Assembly: GCF_947253055.1 (NCBI RefSeq)
Contig: NZ_CAMXYE010000001.1
Coordinates: 1 to 62,782, forward strand
Direction: 5' to 3'
Origin: an uncultured Arcanobacterium sp.
GTDB taxonomy: Bacteria; Actinomycetota; Actinomycetes; Actinomycetales; Actinomycetaceae
DNA length: 62,782 nt
Notes under the pieces: model-generated
What the model was told of the DNA's origin: nothing
Seen by the model: the letters and a program-made list of their open reading frames with translations, nothing else
The model's database searches: none
Shown here: one piece after another, positions 1 to 10,112 of the stretch
Numbering within the stretch: position 1 is the first letter of the stretch
How the letters are laid out: every line of letters starts with the position of its first letter
Position numbers and translations under genes: made by a program

Positions 1-81
1 GGCATGCGCCGTGGCTAAAAGCGGATTCACGTGCCCAGCTGTACCGCCACCGGCGAGAAGTACCGACAATTTTTCCCCCAT
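1..81 (-). CDS. murG: Lipid II GlcNAc transferase MurG, 5' part only (runs off window)
   Basis: Manual translation MGEKLSVLLAGGGTAGHVNPLLATAHA contains the GGGT(A/G)GH MurG motif; directly follows ftsW. Confidence 0.93.
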   Translation of the reverse strand, partial: MGEKLSVLLAGGGTAGHVNPLLATAHA

Positions 82-83
82 AG

Positions 84-1379
84 TTATCCTCTTTTCACCA
101 CTGATCTTTCTCGCAGTGCCAATTTGGCGCGAATTTTCAACTGGGGGCGCACTCCCGGGACGTCGAATCCACACGCAAATACTGCTCCTACCATTAGCAG
201 AGTGGCCAATAGCGAAGAGCCACCTTGCGATATAAATGGGAGAGGAATACCGAATACGGGAAGTAATCCCGTCACTACACACATATTCAGAAAAGCCTGC
301 CCGCAAATCCAGATAGCAGCCCCGACAGTGAGAAGTTGACCAAAACGGCTGGGTTGATTAACTATTAGCCGCAAGAAGCACCAACCGAGCATTAAGAAAA
401 GTAGAACGATGGTAAGAGTGCCGAAAAGCCCCAGTTCTTCTCCGATGACGGCGAAAATAAAATCCGTATGCGCTTCGCTGAGATCACGCCATTTTTCTTT
501 TCCGGCTCCGAGGCCTACGCCCGTCCAGCCGCCGCTTCCAAAGGCAAATTGGGCAAAATCGGACTGGGTAGGTTCATGAATATCGGGAGTGGTAAAGAGA
601 TTAGAAAAGTATTCAAAGACTCGGCGCAACCGGGAGGCCTTTAATGCCACCAGTACGCCTGCCAAACCAAAAACGGGCAGCATGGCAAATGCTAAATAGC
701 GGCTCTGCATTCCCGCTAGCCAAAACATTCCCACCCCGATGACTACGAAAATAATTCCGGTACCCATATCCCCTGGTAATACCACTAGCACTATCGCTGC
801 AATCATCCCGGCAACAGGAGAAATAAGATTATGATAATCGCCGCTGATGGCACTGCGTTTCATTTCTCCCAATACCCGCGCTAGCCAAATAATAGTGGCG
901 AATTTAAGGAATTCCGAGGGCTGAATTTGAATAGGCCCAAAGGCTAACCAATTTTTATTTCCGGCAACTTCTACGCCTACTAGAATCACTGCTAACTGTA
1001 ATAATAGGGCAGCTCCGAAAATAACATTGGATAATTTTTGTATTAGCGCAGCGCTCCCAAAGTGCTCCACGGCTAGAGCTCCGACGATGCCCATAACCGC
1101 CCAAGCAGTGTGCTTAATAGCTACGGAAAAAAGCGCTACTTCCCCGCCCGTTAAATCCACTAAGCGAATTGATCTAGCGGAAGTGGCGGAAAATACCATC
1201 AGCACTCCCATTACCAGCAATATGCTGACGATGATTCCCATCATAAGTAAAGACTGTTGAATAGCATCGCGCCGCCGGCGCTGCACATCGGTCAATTCCG
1301 GAGAAAAGGCAGAAGCAGAATTATCTACCGAAAGAGCAAGCGGAGAACGCGGGCGGAACTTTTTCCAAAATTTAGCCAT
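84..1379 (-). CDS. ftsW: SEDS peptidoglycan glycosyltransferase FtsW
   Basis: Multi-TM protein with QPSEFLK, AHTDFIFAVIGEELG and PFISQGGSS motifs; dcw position. Confidence 0.95.
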   Translation of the reverse strand: MAKFWKKFRPRSPLALSVDNSASAFSPELTDVQRRRRDAIQQSLLMMGIIVSILLVMGVLMVFSATSARSIRLVDLTGGEVALFSVAIKHTAWAVMGIVGALAVEHFGSAALIQKLSNVIFGAALLLQLAVILVGVEVAGNKNWLAFGPIQIQPSEFLKFATIIWLARVLGEMKRSAISGDYHNLISPVAGMIAAIVLVVLPGDMGTGIIFVVIGVGMFWLAGMQSRYLAFAMLPVFGLAGVLVALKASRLRRVFEYFSNLFTTPDIHEPTQSDFAQFAFGSGGWTGVGLGAGKEKWRDLSEAHTDFIFAVIGEELGLFGTLTIVLLFLMLGWCFLRLIVNQPSRFGQLLTVGAAIWICGQAFLNMCVVTGLLPVFGIPLPFISQGGSSLLATLLMVGAVFACGFDVPGVRPQLKIRAKLALRERSVVKRG

Positions 1380-2878
1380 TATGCCTGCTCTTTCCCAACT
1401 AGTTGGCGCACTTCTGCTTGAAATTGCCTCCCCCGCTCCGTATAGGAAGAGAATTGATCTAAAGAGGCACAGGCAGGAGCTAAGAGCACCGTAGCGCCAT
1501 TCTTTGCCAAATTGCGTGCAGCAGCTACAGCAGGGCGCATCGGATTTTCTGGCGCTGCAATATAGGTGATAGGAATTTCTAGATCAGCGAGAGCTTTTTT
1601 CCATGGCTCTTGGTCTTTTCCAATTACCACCACTCCAGCTAATCGAGATTTTTCGGCTTGTACTAATTCCGTAAAATCGGCTCCTTTAGCATCTCCACCT
1701 ACGATCCACACTATGGGTCTGCCAGCTTGGGCGGCCAAAGCCGCGCGTGCCGCATGCCCATTCGTGGCTTTCGAATCATCTACCCAGCAGATTCCTTCCC
1801 ATTCACCCACAATCTGCAGGCGATGAGGTTCTACCTGATATTTCTGCAAAGCGGCGCGAATACACTCCACTGGAACTCCGCCGGCGCGTGCCAAAGCTGC
1901 TGCCGCCAGTGCATCTTTTAGAAGATGGGGCGGGCACGGGCGCCCAGGAGTCAAATGAGCTAGATCGGCTAGCGAAAAAAGTTCCGCTGCTCCTTGGTAG
2001 GGGTCTTTCACGTAGGCTCTATCTACCGCTAAAATTTCTCCCGAGGCGGGATCACGCACGAGGCCAATCTCTCCAACTGCTGGAGCCTGCAGAGTATAGG
2101 CAATGCTCGGTGCGGCAGCAGTATCGGCCGTCTCGCGGAGCATTTGCTGCACGTCGCTATCTTCTTTCGGATAGATCCGGAATTTTTCTACCCGCTCGTA
2201 GATACGCGATTTAGCTTGCGCATAGGCAGCCAAATCTCCATGCCAGCTCAAATGATCAGCGGCAAGATTTAGACATACCGCTCCAGCTGGCGCCATTGTA
2301 TAGGTGGCAGCGAGTTGAAAAGACGACAGCTCTAAAGCGAAAGCGCGTACCGGCGTGGCCGGCAACTGAGAAACTGCTCCGATAGCTGGTAGTCCAATAT
2401 TACCTATTGCTGCTCCCCCGAAGCCCGCTTCCTCCAGCATGGCCGCCAACATGGTGACGGTAGTAGTTTTCCCATTTGTGCCGGTGACACAGAGCCACTG
2501 CGGATAACTGCCGTCGGCATTTTGGGCACGCAGCTGCCAAGCTAATTCAATTTCCGAACAAAGCGGAATATGGGCAGCGGCCAGTTTCTCCCACATCAGA
2601 CCCGTCTGCGCAAATGCAGGCGCAATTACCACTAGATCTGGCTGCCATTTAATAATAGCGGCAGCTAGAGCAGCTGGATCATCATTAGCGCCAGCCGTGA
2701 TATCTGGATTATTTTCTTGATACTTCTGTACTGCCGCAGCTTTCTGATCCCAGATACTCACCACTGCGCTAGTTTCTCGCTGCAGCACTTCTAGGCAAGC
2801 CGCTCCCGATACTCCCATACCGAGAATGGCTATTTTTTTATTTGCGAAAGCGGCCGCCCCCGGAATTACACTGTTCAC
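1379..2878 (-). CDS. murD: UDP-MurNAc-L-Ala:D-Glu ligase
   Basis: GTNGKTTT, ELSSFQL, DDSKATN and PACASLDQF motifs; start set at the GTG overlapping the mraY stop (ORF track extends to 2893). Confidence 0.95.
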   Translation of the reverse strand: MNSVIPGAAAFANKKIAILGMGVSGAACLEVLQRETSAVVSIWDQKAAAVQKYQENNPDITAGANDDPAALAAAIIKWQPDLVVIAPAFAQTGLMWEKLAAAHIPLCSEIELAWQLRAQNADGSYPQWLCVTGTNGKTTTVTMLAAMLEEAGFGGAAIGNIGLPAIGAVSQLPATPVRAFALELSSFQLAATYTMAPAGAVCLNLAADHLSWHGDLAAYAQAKSRIYERVEKFRIYPKEDSDVQQMLRETADTAAAPSIAYTLQAPAVGEIGLVRDPASGEILAVDRAYVKDPYQGAAELFSLADLAHLTPGRPCPPHLLKDALAAAALARAGGVPVECIRAALQKYQVEPHRLQIVGEWEGICWVDDSKATNGHAARAALAAQAGRPIVWIVGGDAKGADFTELVQAEKSRLAGVVVIGKDQEPWKKALADLEIPITYIAAPENPMRPAVAAARNLAKNGATVLLAPACASLDQFSSYTERGRQFQAEVRQLVGKEQA

Positions 2879-3960
2879 TGTTGCGCCAACCATTCACCGT
2901 AGAAGAGCCCCAGACCCGCCGCGGCTAGCAACATTTCAATTAGCCAAAAACGCACTACGATTGTGACTTCTTTCCAACCTTTTAATTCAAAATGATGGTG
3001 CAGAGGCGCCATTTTGAAAACTCTTTTTCCGGTGGATTTGAAATAACTTATTTGAATGACGTCAGAAAATACGATTATTACAAATAGGCCACCTAAGAAA
3101 ATTGCCAATACTTCCGTCTGGGTAAGAATAGAGAGCCCGGCAAAAGCACCGCCTAAAGCTAGGGAGCCAGTATCACCCATAAAAATTTGCGCCGGAGAAG
3201 TATTGTGCCAGAGAAAGCCGAGGCAGGCTCCCACTAGGGCCGCACAGATAATGGCTAAATCGCGCGGATCGCGCACATCGTAGCAACCCGGATCGGGATT
3301 GACGACCGATTGGCAAGATTGATACGACTGCCAGATAGTGATTATGGCATAGGAGCCAAAAGCGATAGCTGAAGCTCCCGCTGCTAAACCGTCGAGACCG
3401 TCGGTGAGATTTACGGCGTTAGACCAAGCGGTAATGAGAAAATTTGACCAAAGTACGAAGAGGACAATCCCGATTACGATTCCCAAAAAAGCTAAATCTA
3501 GCCTTGTGTCGCGCACAATCGAGATACTGGTGGTAGCGGGGGTGCGATGAAAATTATTGGGAAATTGCAGAGCGGCAATTGCAAAAGAGACACCAACTAT
3601 TCCTTGCCCGATTATTTTCGCCATCGGCGTCAAACCCAAGGAGCGCTCTTTGCGCACTTTCGTGAAATCGTCTAAAAAGCCGATTAGTCCCATGCCGGCG
3701 AGCAAGTAAATCAGAAGCCACCCGGTGACGTGCGGCGCTCTTCCTACCACGAGATTACCCGTGAGGTAACCCGTAATAGCCGCAAAAATAATTATTACTC
3801 CTCCCATCGTGGGAGTGCCGCGTTTAGTGAAATGACTAGTGGGGCCGTCTTCTCGAATAAACTGCCCATAGGAACGCCGCCGCAGATAGCGGACGAAAAG
3901 CGGCGTGCCAAAAAGCGTAATCAGTAACGCTATTGCTGCTGCCACTAGTACGGAAAGCAT
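2875..3960 (-). CDS. mraY: Phospho-MurNAc-pentapeptide transferase
   Basis: KRGTPTMGG, NAVNLTDGLDGL, FMGDTGSLALG and MAPLHHHFE motifs. Confidence 0.97.
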   Translation of the reverse strand: MLSVLVAAAIALLITLFGTPLFVRYLRRRSYGQFIREDGPTSHFTKRGTPTMGGVIIIFAAITGYLTGNLVVGRAPHVTGWLLIYLLAGMGLIGFLDDFTKVRKERSLGLTPMAKIIGQGIVGVSFAIAALQFPNNFHRTPATTSISIVRDTRLDLAFLGIVIGIVLFVLWSNFLITAWSNAVNLTDGLDGLAAGASAIAFGSYAIITIWQSYQSCQSVVNPDPGCYDVRDPRDLAIICAALVGACLGFLWHNTSPAQIFMGDTGSLALGGAFAGLSILTQTEVLAIFLGGLFVIIVFSDVIQISYFKSTGKRVFKMAPLHHHFELKGWKEVTIVVRFWLIEMLLAAAGLGLFYGEWLAQQ

Positions 3961-5415
3961 TTACACACCCTCTTCGCTAAGCGCATCGGCTATTTTCCAG
4001 ATGCCTGATCCATTAGAACCCTTCAATAAGATTACGTCACCACTGCAGCTTTCGGCGCTAAGCAAGGCTCGCGCCTCCGTGCCATCTGCACATAATTTTA
4101 CTTCTACTCCGGCTTGAGCAGCACTTTCAGCCAGTAATCGCATATCTGTATTTTCCCCCACCGCGTAGAGCACAGCTACTTTCTCCGCGCCGAGTAAGGA
4201 ACCAATTTTTTTATGCTCTACGCCGCTCTCTTCACCCAGCTCCAACATAGCTCCGAGCACTGCTATTTTGCGCCGCGCGCCTGCTATATCACTTAGAGCA
4301 AGTATTGCCGCAGTGAGCGAATCGGGGTTGGCGTTATAGGAATCATCAATAATAGTAATATCCCCAATTTCCTGCACATCCATCCGGTGCCGGCTCGCTG
4401 GAAAAGCAGTAGAAAGCCGCTCCGCAATTTTTTCCGGAGAAATTCCCAGTTGATAGGCAGCGCTAGCGGCCGCCAGCGCATTATTTATATGATGAATTCC
4501 GATGAGCTGTAGATTTACTGGCGCATTTCCACTGGGAGTATGGAGCAAAAATGCAGCTCGCCCACCGTTATTTTTAATATCACTCGCATATATCAGCGCC
4601 GACCCATCTTTTACCCCGTATGGGACTTGCCCGGCATTCTTTCCTCCGCCTTGCGCAGAGAAGAAACATACCGGCACGGGGGAATTCTGCGCCATAGCTG
4701 CTACTCGTTTATCGTCGGCATTTAAGATGGCGATTCCGCCGGGGCGAATGCCTGAAAGCATCTCCGCTTTGGCCGCAGCTACTTTTTCGATTCCCCCAAA
4801 CTCTCCTAAATGTGCGCGCGCCACCGCCAACACCATGCCAATATCAGGAGGTGCAATATGCGTCAGGTAGGCAATATTTCCAGCTCTATCTGCACCCATT
4901 TCTAAAACTAACGTAGCAGTAGTGGCATCGGCACTCAGTACGGTAAGCGGCAAGCCGAGCTCATTATTAAAAGATCCGGGCGGAGCCACCACTGGGCCCC
5001 GCTCTTGCAGCAAATTCGCCAATAAATCTTTTGTAGTAGTCTTGCCGACTGAACCAGTAACCGCCACCACCTGCAAATTTGGATTCTTTTTCCGGAGCTG
5101 CACCAAAGAGTATTGCGCTATTTTTCCAATGGCGAGTAGCGGATCTGCCACTTCAATAATGTGCGCAGCACTGGCTCCTCCGGCGCAAGCAGCTTCTTTA
5201 TTAGCGCTAAGTACTGCCACCGCTCCCCGCGCCAGCGCATCACCCGCAAACTGGTTACCGTCTACGCGCGCTCCGGGCAAAGCAATAAATAGATCGCCTT
5301 TTTTTACAAGGCGGTTATCACTAGCTACTCCGCAGACTTCCAAGCAGGAATTTTCGCTACTTCCCAGCTTTCCATCGCAAATAGCAGCTACCTGAGCAAT
5401 ACTGATTGGCAGCAA
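3961..5415 (-). CDS. murF: UDP-MurNAc-tripeptide:D-Ala-D-Ala ligase
   Basis: TGSVGKTTTKD, SFNNELGLPLT, DDSYNANP and GAMLELG motifs. Confidence 0.95.
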   Translation of the reverse strand: MLPISIAQVAAICDGKLGSSENSCLEVCGVASDNRLVKKGDLFIALPGARVDGNQFAGDALARGAVAVLSANKEAACAGGASAAHIIEVADPLLAIGKIAQYSLVQLRKKNPNLQVVAVTGSVGKTTTKDLLANLLQERGPVVAPPGSFNNELGLPLTVLSADATTATLVLEMGADRAGNIAYLTHIAPPDIGMVLAVARAHLGEFGGIEKVAAAKAEMLSGIRPGGIAILNADDKRVAAMAQNSPVPVCFFSAQGGGKNAGQVPYGVKDGSALIYASDIKNNGGRAAFLLHTPSGNAPVNLQLIGIHHINNALAAASAAYQLGISPEKIAERLSTAFPASRHRMDVQEIGDITIIDDSYNANPDSLTAAILALSDIAGARRKIAVLGAMLELGEESGVEHKKIGSLLGAEKVAVLYAVGENTDMRLLAESAAQAGVEVKLCADGTEARALLSAESCSGDVILLKGSNGSGIWKIADALSEEGV

Positions 5416-5423
5416 TTTTCCCC

Positions 5424-7304
5424 CTATTCTCCCTCTAACCAGGGATACTTATAGAGCGGAACTGCCGAAGGCGGCACTTTCAGCTGCCGCATTGCAAATT
5501 TGGAGACTTCAGCGAATACCGGAGCCGCGATTACACCACCATAAGCAGGCAAATTGTGGGTATAGACGACTACTGCCACCGCAATGCGCGGATTTTCGGC
5601 CGGCACTACCCCCGCGAAAGTGCCGACAAGAGCAGCAGTCTTTCCGGCCGAATTAAGCACCTGCGCTGTTCCCGTCTTTCCTGCTACGTTATAGCCAGGC
5701 ACTTTTGCCAAGGGGCCGGTAGAGCCTTTCTGCGTCACCCCTTGCATCATTTTTATTAACTGATCAGCTGCTTCGGGCGTAATTACCTGTTTCTTTTCCG
5801 CCAATTTCTGCGGAATAAGCTGCCCATCTTTATCGTAGACTCCGTCTACAATATGAACTGGATTCTTTACTCCTTTACTCCCCGCTATCGAAGCTACCTG
5901 CGCTAATTGCAGCGGCGTCACCGCATAGGCCTGACCAAACATAGTGGTGTAATTAGTGCGGCGATCCCACTGCGTATATGGATTGAGTAAACCCGGTTCT
6001 TCTGCGGGTAACTCCACACCGGTCTTTTGCCCCAGCCCAAAAGCCGAAAGATATTTATAACGAGTTTCGGTAGGTACAAGCGAACCCACCTGCACTAATC
6101 CCGTATTGTAGGATTTCGCCATCAAACCCGCTGCCGTCATTCGCTCCGTAGGATGCCCCGAATCATCGGTAATAGTTTCTCCATCCGGAGTGGTATAGGC
6201 ATAAGGAGCGTTAAATACGGAAAGCGGCGTAATTTTTTGCTCATTTAAGGCCGTGGCATAGGTAATTATTTTTCCGGTAGAGCCCGGCTCCACCACCGAG
6301 CTAACTGCCCGAGAGCCCCATTTATCTGGACTTTTATTTTCACTATTGCCTGGATCTTGGTTTCCACTATCCGCCATGGCGAGAATACGGCCCGTGCCTA
6401 TTTCTAGCACTACCGCACTTCCCCACACCGCACCAAACTTACGTACAGAATCATTTACCGCTTGTTCAGCTGCATACTGTAAATCACGGTCGATAGTGAG
6501 CTGCACTTTACCGCCATTTACTGCCGGAGTTTCTTTCTTCTCTGCCTGCGGGAAAATAGTGCCATCTGGCCCCACTTCTACCGTAAGTTTTCCATCTGTA
6601 CCAGCGAGAATATCGTTATACTTCTGTTCAATTCCCGCCTGTCCTTGCGGAAGTGGATTCTCAGTAGTCTGCCCCAGAAATCCGAGAATTGAACTCGCCA
6701 CACTGCCGCTCGGGTAGATGCGCTCCATATAGCGCTCGGGGAATATTCCGTGGATATTCAGATCGCTTACGGTTTTCCATTCTTCGGGAGTGAGCCCTTT
6801 GGCTAATAGACGCCACTGGTCTTTCTTTTCTCCCCCCAGCAAAATGCCACCCAATTCAGCTTGGTCGCGTTTCAGTAGCGGAGCTAATTTTGCTGCAGCC
6901 GCCGCGGCTCCACCATTTATTGCTTTTCCCTCGTCATCGTATTCCACATAATCGGCAATGGCTTGCTGATCTACCCGCACATTGTAGCGCGGCTCCGAAG
7001 TGGCGAGCACTGCCCCGTTCGCATCTAAAATATCTCCACGTTTTGCTTCTTGCTCGTAGGAACGCGTGCGAAAAGTACTGGCTACCCCCTGCAAAGTATC
7101 GGCTTTTACCACCTGGAGAAAAAATAGCCGCAACACCAGCAAAGCCACTGTAATCAAAACAACGACGATTATGAGGCGCATGCGATGATTAGTGAAAGCG
7201 CGCGCCAAACGCACATCGTGCACTTGCCGCTCCGCATATTCGCTAGACACCGCAGCGCGCTTTTTCGACGTAGCATCTGGGTGCGAGCTATTAAATACCT
7301 CCAT
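5424..7304 (-). CDS. ftsI: Class B penicillin-binding protein FtsI/PbpB
   Basis: N-terminal TM, RGDILD, EPGSTGK (SxxK), SYN (SxN) and KTGTAQ motifs. Confidence 0.93.
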   Translation of the reverse strand: MEVFNSSHPDATSKKRAAVSSEYAERQVHDVRLARAFTNHRMRLIIVVVLITVALLVLRLFFLQVVKADTLQGVASTFRTRSYEQEAKRGDILDANGAVLATSEPRYNVRVDQQAIADYVEYDDEGKAINGGAAAAAAKLAPLLKRDQAELGGILLGGEKKDQWRLLAKGLTPEEWKTVSDLNIHGIFPERYMERIYPSGSVASSILGFLGQTTENPLPQGQAGIEQKYNDILAGTDGKLTVEVGPDGTIFPQAEKKETPAVNGGKVQLTIDRDLQYAAEQAVNDSVRKFGAVWGSAVVLEIGTGRILAMADSGNQDPGNSENKSPDKWGSRAVSSVVEPGSTGKIITYATALNEQKITPLSVFNAPYAYTTPDGETITDDSGHPTERMTAAGLMAKSYNTGLVQVGSLVPTETRYKYLSAFGLGQKTGVELPAEEPGLLNPYTQWDRRTNYTTMFGQAYAVTPLQLAQVASIAGSKGVKNPVHIVDGVYDKDGQLIPQKLAEKKQVITPEAADQLIKMMQGVTQKGSTGPLAKVPGYNVAGKTGTAQVLNSAGKTAALVGTFAGVVPAENPRIAVAVVVYTHNLPAYGGVIAAPVFAEVSKFAMRQLKVPPSAVPLYKYPWLEGE

Positions 7305-7315
7305 ATGCGCCTCTA

Positions 7316-7714
7316 TCAGTCAGATTTAGTTGTACTATCGGCGATAGTGCCCGTCTCAAGATTAAGATAGCGCATTTCCGTAGCTGGTTTCATGCCGAGT
7401 TTAGTGGCATTTTCGCTCAGCTTATCGGGGCTAGATAGCCCGATTAGTTCTCCTTCTAGAGTATTAATATGAGTATCAGCTTCGTCTAGCTCCACTTTTA
7501 AGCTCTTTAATTCATAGGCGCCCTGCACTAGCAAAGTATTCAGAGAAAAAGCCAGAATAATTGAGGTTAAGAGTATGGCACCGCAAATAATTAGCGTACC
7601 GAAGAATGTGCGCGACGGAGCAGGGCTAGCTACCACCTGCAATCCGGGAGCAGAAATAATGGGCCGAGATTGAGGGGCGCGCAGCTGCTGGGCAGTAGAG
7701 TTTGCGGCGTTCAT
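7316..7714 (-). CDS. ftsL: FtsL-like cell division protein
   Basis: Single TM, coiled coil and 'ATKLGM' ending; lies between rsmH and ftsI. Confidence 0.75.
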   Translation of the reverse strand: MNAANSTAQQLRAPQSRPIISAPGLQVVASPAPSRTFFGTLIICGAILLTSIILAFSLNTLLVQGAYELKSLKVELDEADTHINTLEGELIGLSSPDKLSENATKLGMKPATEMRYLNLETGTIADSTTKSD

Positions 7715-8808
7715 TTATTTTCTCCCTTATTAGACGCCCCTAAAGAAGCGCAATCTGGTATTTCTCTGATTAGCTGCACTGCCCGCAGACGCACCGATGC
7801 AGCCCGCGGATTAGCAGCGATTTCGGCGGAGGAAGCCTTTTGCGCTCCCCGCACTAAAGCCTGTAAATAGGGTTGATCCTCAGCGAGCTCTACCGGTAAA
7901 CCAGTCGGAGTGCGCGAGCGCAAACCCTGAGCAAAAATTTGCTTCACGATTCGATCTTCTAGAGACTGATAAGACTCCACTACCAGCCGCCCCTCCAGAG
8001 CTAAAGACCGAAGAGCTGCCGGAATTGCCTGGGAAAGTATCTGCAATTCATTGTTGACGGCGATACGAATAGCTTGGAAAGATCTTTTTGCCGGATTGCC
8101 GCCGCGCCGGCGGGCGGGGGCTGGTATGGCAGCGCGAATTATCTCCACTAGCTGCGCAGTGCTCTGTAAAGGGACGGAAGTACGCGCACGGATAATTGCC
8201 CGCGCAATCCGCCCAGCATACTTTTCTTCTCCGTACTCACGGAGAATTCGACTCAATTCCGCTTCCTCTACCTCTGCCAATAAAGACGCCGCCGTCATCT
8301 CCTGCTCCGGATTCATGCGCATATCCAAGGGGGCATCTTGTGCATAAGAAAATCCCCGCTCCGCGGCATCTATTTGCAAGGAGGAAACTCCCAAATCGAA
8401 TAGAATTCCTTGCACCTTCCCAGCTGTGCCGTAGGTGCTAGCTACTTCTCCGATTTCGTCATACGTGGCATGCACGGCTTGAAAACGCTCTTCAAAAGGC
8501 TGCAGCCGCTGCGTAGCCAACTCTATGGCCTGCGTATCGCGATCTATGCCGATTACTTTTACCTGCGGGCAAGCACGCAAAATTGCTTCGGTATGACCAC
8601 CTAAACCGAGTGTGGCATCGATCAAAACTGAATTCTCTGCCTGTAAAGCAGGAGCTAATAGTTCTACGCAGGTGGCGGAGAGTACCGGAGTGTGCAAATC
8701 TGCTGGAGACGCAGAAAGTAATGCTTCCCTCACGGCTTTTCCTCTCTTTTTACCACTAGGAACACTAGATTTCCCACCACTTTCGGAAATCGGGGAATAA
8801 TCTCCCAA
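7711..8808 (-). CDS. rsmH: 16S rRNA C1402 N4-methyltransferase
   Basis: HTPV, DATLGLGGH, DLGVSSLQ, PLDMRM and NPRAASVRLR motifs; start uncertain. Confidence 0.95.
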   Translation of the reverse strand: MGDYSPISESGGKSSVPSGKKRGKAVREALLSASPADLHTPVLSATCVELLAPALQAENSVLIDATLGLGGHTEAILRACPQVKVIGIDRDTQAIELATQRLQPFEERFQAVHATYDEIGEVASTYGTAGKVQGILFDLGVSSLQIDAAERGFSYAQDAPLDMRMNPEQEMTAASLLAEVEEAELSRILREYGEEKYAGRIARAIIRARTSVPLQSTAQLVEIIRAAIPAPARRRGGNPAKRSFQAIRIAVNNELQILSQAIPAALRSLALEGRLVVESYQSLEDRIVKQIFAQGLRSRTPTGLPVELAEDQPYLQALVRGAQKASSAEIAANPRAASVRLRAVQLIREIPDCASLGASNKGENK

Positions 8809-8830
8809 AGTAGTGAGGAATCTAATGCTC

Positions 8831-9262
8831 CTAGAAAACTCCTGGTATTAGCTCTTCTTCCCTATCTGCAAATTCGGCCTCATTCCCCTCTAGGTAGGCT
8901 TCCCAAGCCTGCTGATCCCAAATTTCTACTCGTTCTCCGGAACCGATTACGGCTAAATCTTTTTCTAAGCCCGCATATTCACGCAGATTCACCGGTAAAT
9001 TTATACGCCCTTGTTTATCCGGAATTTGATCACTAGCTCCAGATAGAAATACCCGCCCGTAGGCCCGTACTTCCTTAGAAGTGAAAGGAGCCTGCTGGAG
9101 CTTAGCCAGAATCTCGGTAAAAGTATTGAGTGGAAATACGTATAAGCAATGCTCCTGCCCGCGCGTCACCACTAAACCAGAAGCGAGTTGCGAACGGAAT
9201 TTGGCAGGGAGGATTAAGCGCCCTTTATCGTCTAAACGCGGCTCGTACGTGCCTAGAAACAC
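8831..9262 (-). CDS. mraZ: dcw cluster repressor MraZ
   Basis: MFLGTY..LDDKGRLILPAKFR and DKQGRI repeats. Confidence 0.97.
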   Translation of the reverse strand: MFLGTYEPRLDDKGRLILPAKFRSQLASGLVVTRGQEHCLYVFPLNTFTEILAKLQQAPFTSKEVRAYGRVFLSGASDQIPDKQGRINLPVNLREYAGLEKDLAVIGSGERVEIWDQQAWEAYLEGNEAEFADREEELIPGVF

Positions 9263-9289
9263 TATCCACCTCCCATTCCTTTTACAGAT

Positions 9290-9323
9290 AACTCCATTTT
9301 ACCCCACTTTGCGCCACATGCAA
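9290..9323 (-). promoter_or_regulatory. mraZ promoter with three 10-bp-spaced GTGG-type MraZ boxes
   Basis: Minus strand atGTGGcgca-aaGTGGggta-aaATGGagtt overlapping a TTGCAT-N16-TAAAAT promoter-like sequence. Confidence 0.75.
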
Positions 9324-9435
9324 GTCAAAAATGCCTTTTACTTCAAAAGATTATGGCTATATCTCAAGGGAAAATACGGTGGAGGGAATTTTTGAGATTT
9401 AGGGCAAATTTGGGGAATATTTAGAATATCCCGCT

Positions 9436-9515
9436 CCGCACTTAAACAGAGCCGCACCTAAATAGAGACACTCCTAAACAGAGCCGCACCTAAATAAAGA
9501 CGCCCCTGAATAAAT
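9436..9515. repeat. Five degenerate 16-bp tandem repeats
   Basis: ccgcacttaaacagag/ccgcacctaaatagag/acactcctaaacagag/ccgcacctaaataaag/acgcccctgaataaat. Confidence 0.85.
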
Positions 9516-9525
9516 CCACTTCACG

Positions 9526-9566
9526 AAAAATAAAATTCCCGCTGCCGGAAATCCGGAACGGGAATT
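9526..9566 (-). terminator. Intrinsic terminator after the DUF3040 gene
   Basis: aattcccg..ccgg-aaat-ccgg..cgggaatt hairpin followed by a T tract on the minus strand. Confidence 0.7.
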
Positions 9567-9639
9567 AAATAAAGCTAACTAGCTAGAGCCGCCGGGATCC
9601 GTTAGGAAAATTCCCGCGGCACGCGCTATAAAATAATAA

Positions 9640-10017
9640 TCACTGGCCTTTTTGCCGGCGCAACCACTCTTCTGCCTGCTTTTCAAAAAAGCTCAGAGAG
9701 GCGCCTTTCGGCCGTTTTGGAGAAGTAACTTTCTTCTCTTTTCGCACAAATCCAGAGCTCAAATACCAGAATCCAGCAAATACCACTGCCACTCCGCCTA
9801 CGCCGATTGGCACTATCTCCGCTGCTACGCCAGCTATAACCACCGCTAAACCGAGAATTATAATCACAATTCCGCCCACTAAATTTTTCGGAGCAATACT
9901 CAACTGTGTAGCGGTAGTTTTTTCACTCTTCAAAGTCTCCGAAAGCTTCGGATCGTCACTGTGTAACTGCGACTCCAGCTCCTCCAGCATCTTCCGCTCG
10001 TAATCAGAAAGTGCCAT
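9640..10017 (-). CDS. DUF3040 family membrane protein
   Basis: MALSDYERKMLEELESQLHSDDPKL N-terminus, two TM segments; usual dinB-DUF3040-mraZ synteny. Confidence 0.85.
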   Translation of the reverse strand: MALSDYERKMLEELESQLHSDDPKLSETLKSEKTTATQLSIAPKNLVGGIVIIILGLAVVIAGVAAEIVPIGVGGVAVVFAGFWYLSSGFVRKEKKVTSPKRPKGASLSFFEKQAEEWLRRQKGQ

Positions 10018-10112
10018 TAGTTTCTCCTCGCTACCACCCGGCATATCTCGGTAAATTATATCTCTACTAAGACAAAGAATAGCGAAAGCCTTGCGATAAG
10101 GATAGCCGAAAC

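Noticed and set aside
9436..9515. Possible CRISPR array
   Set aside because: The 16-bp units are contiguous with no unique spacers, and there are no cas genes nearby
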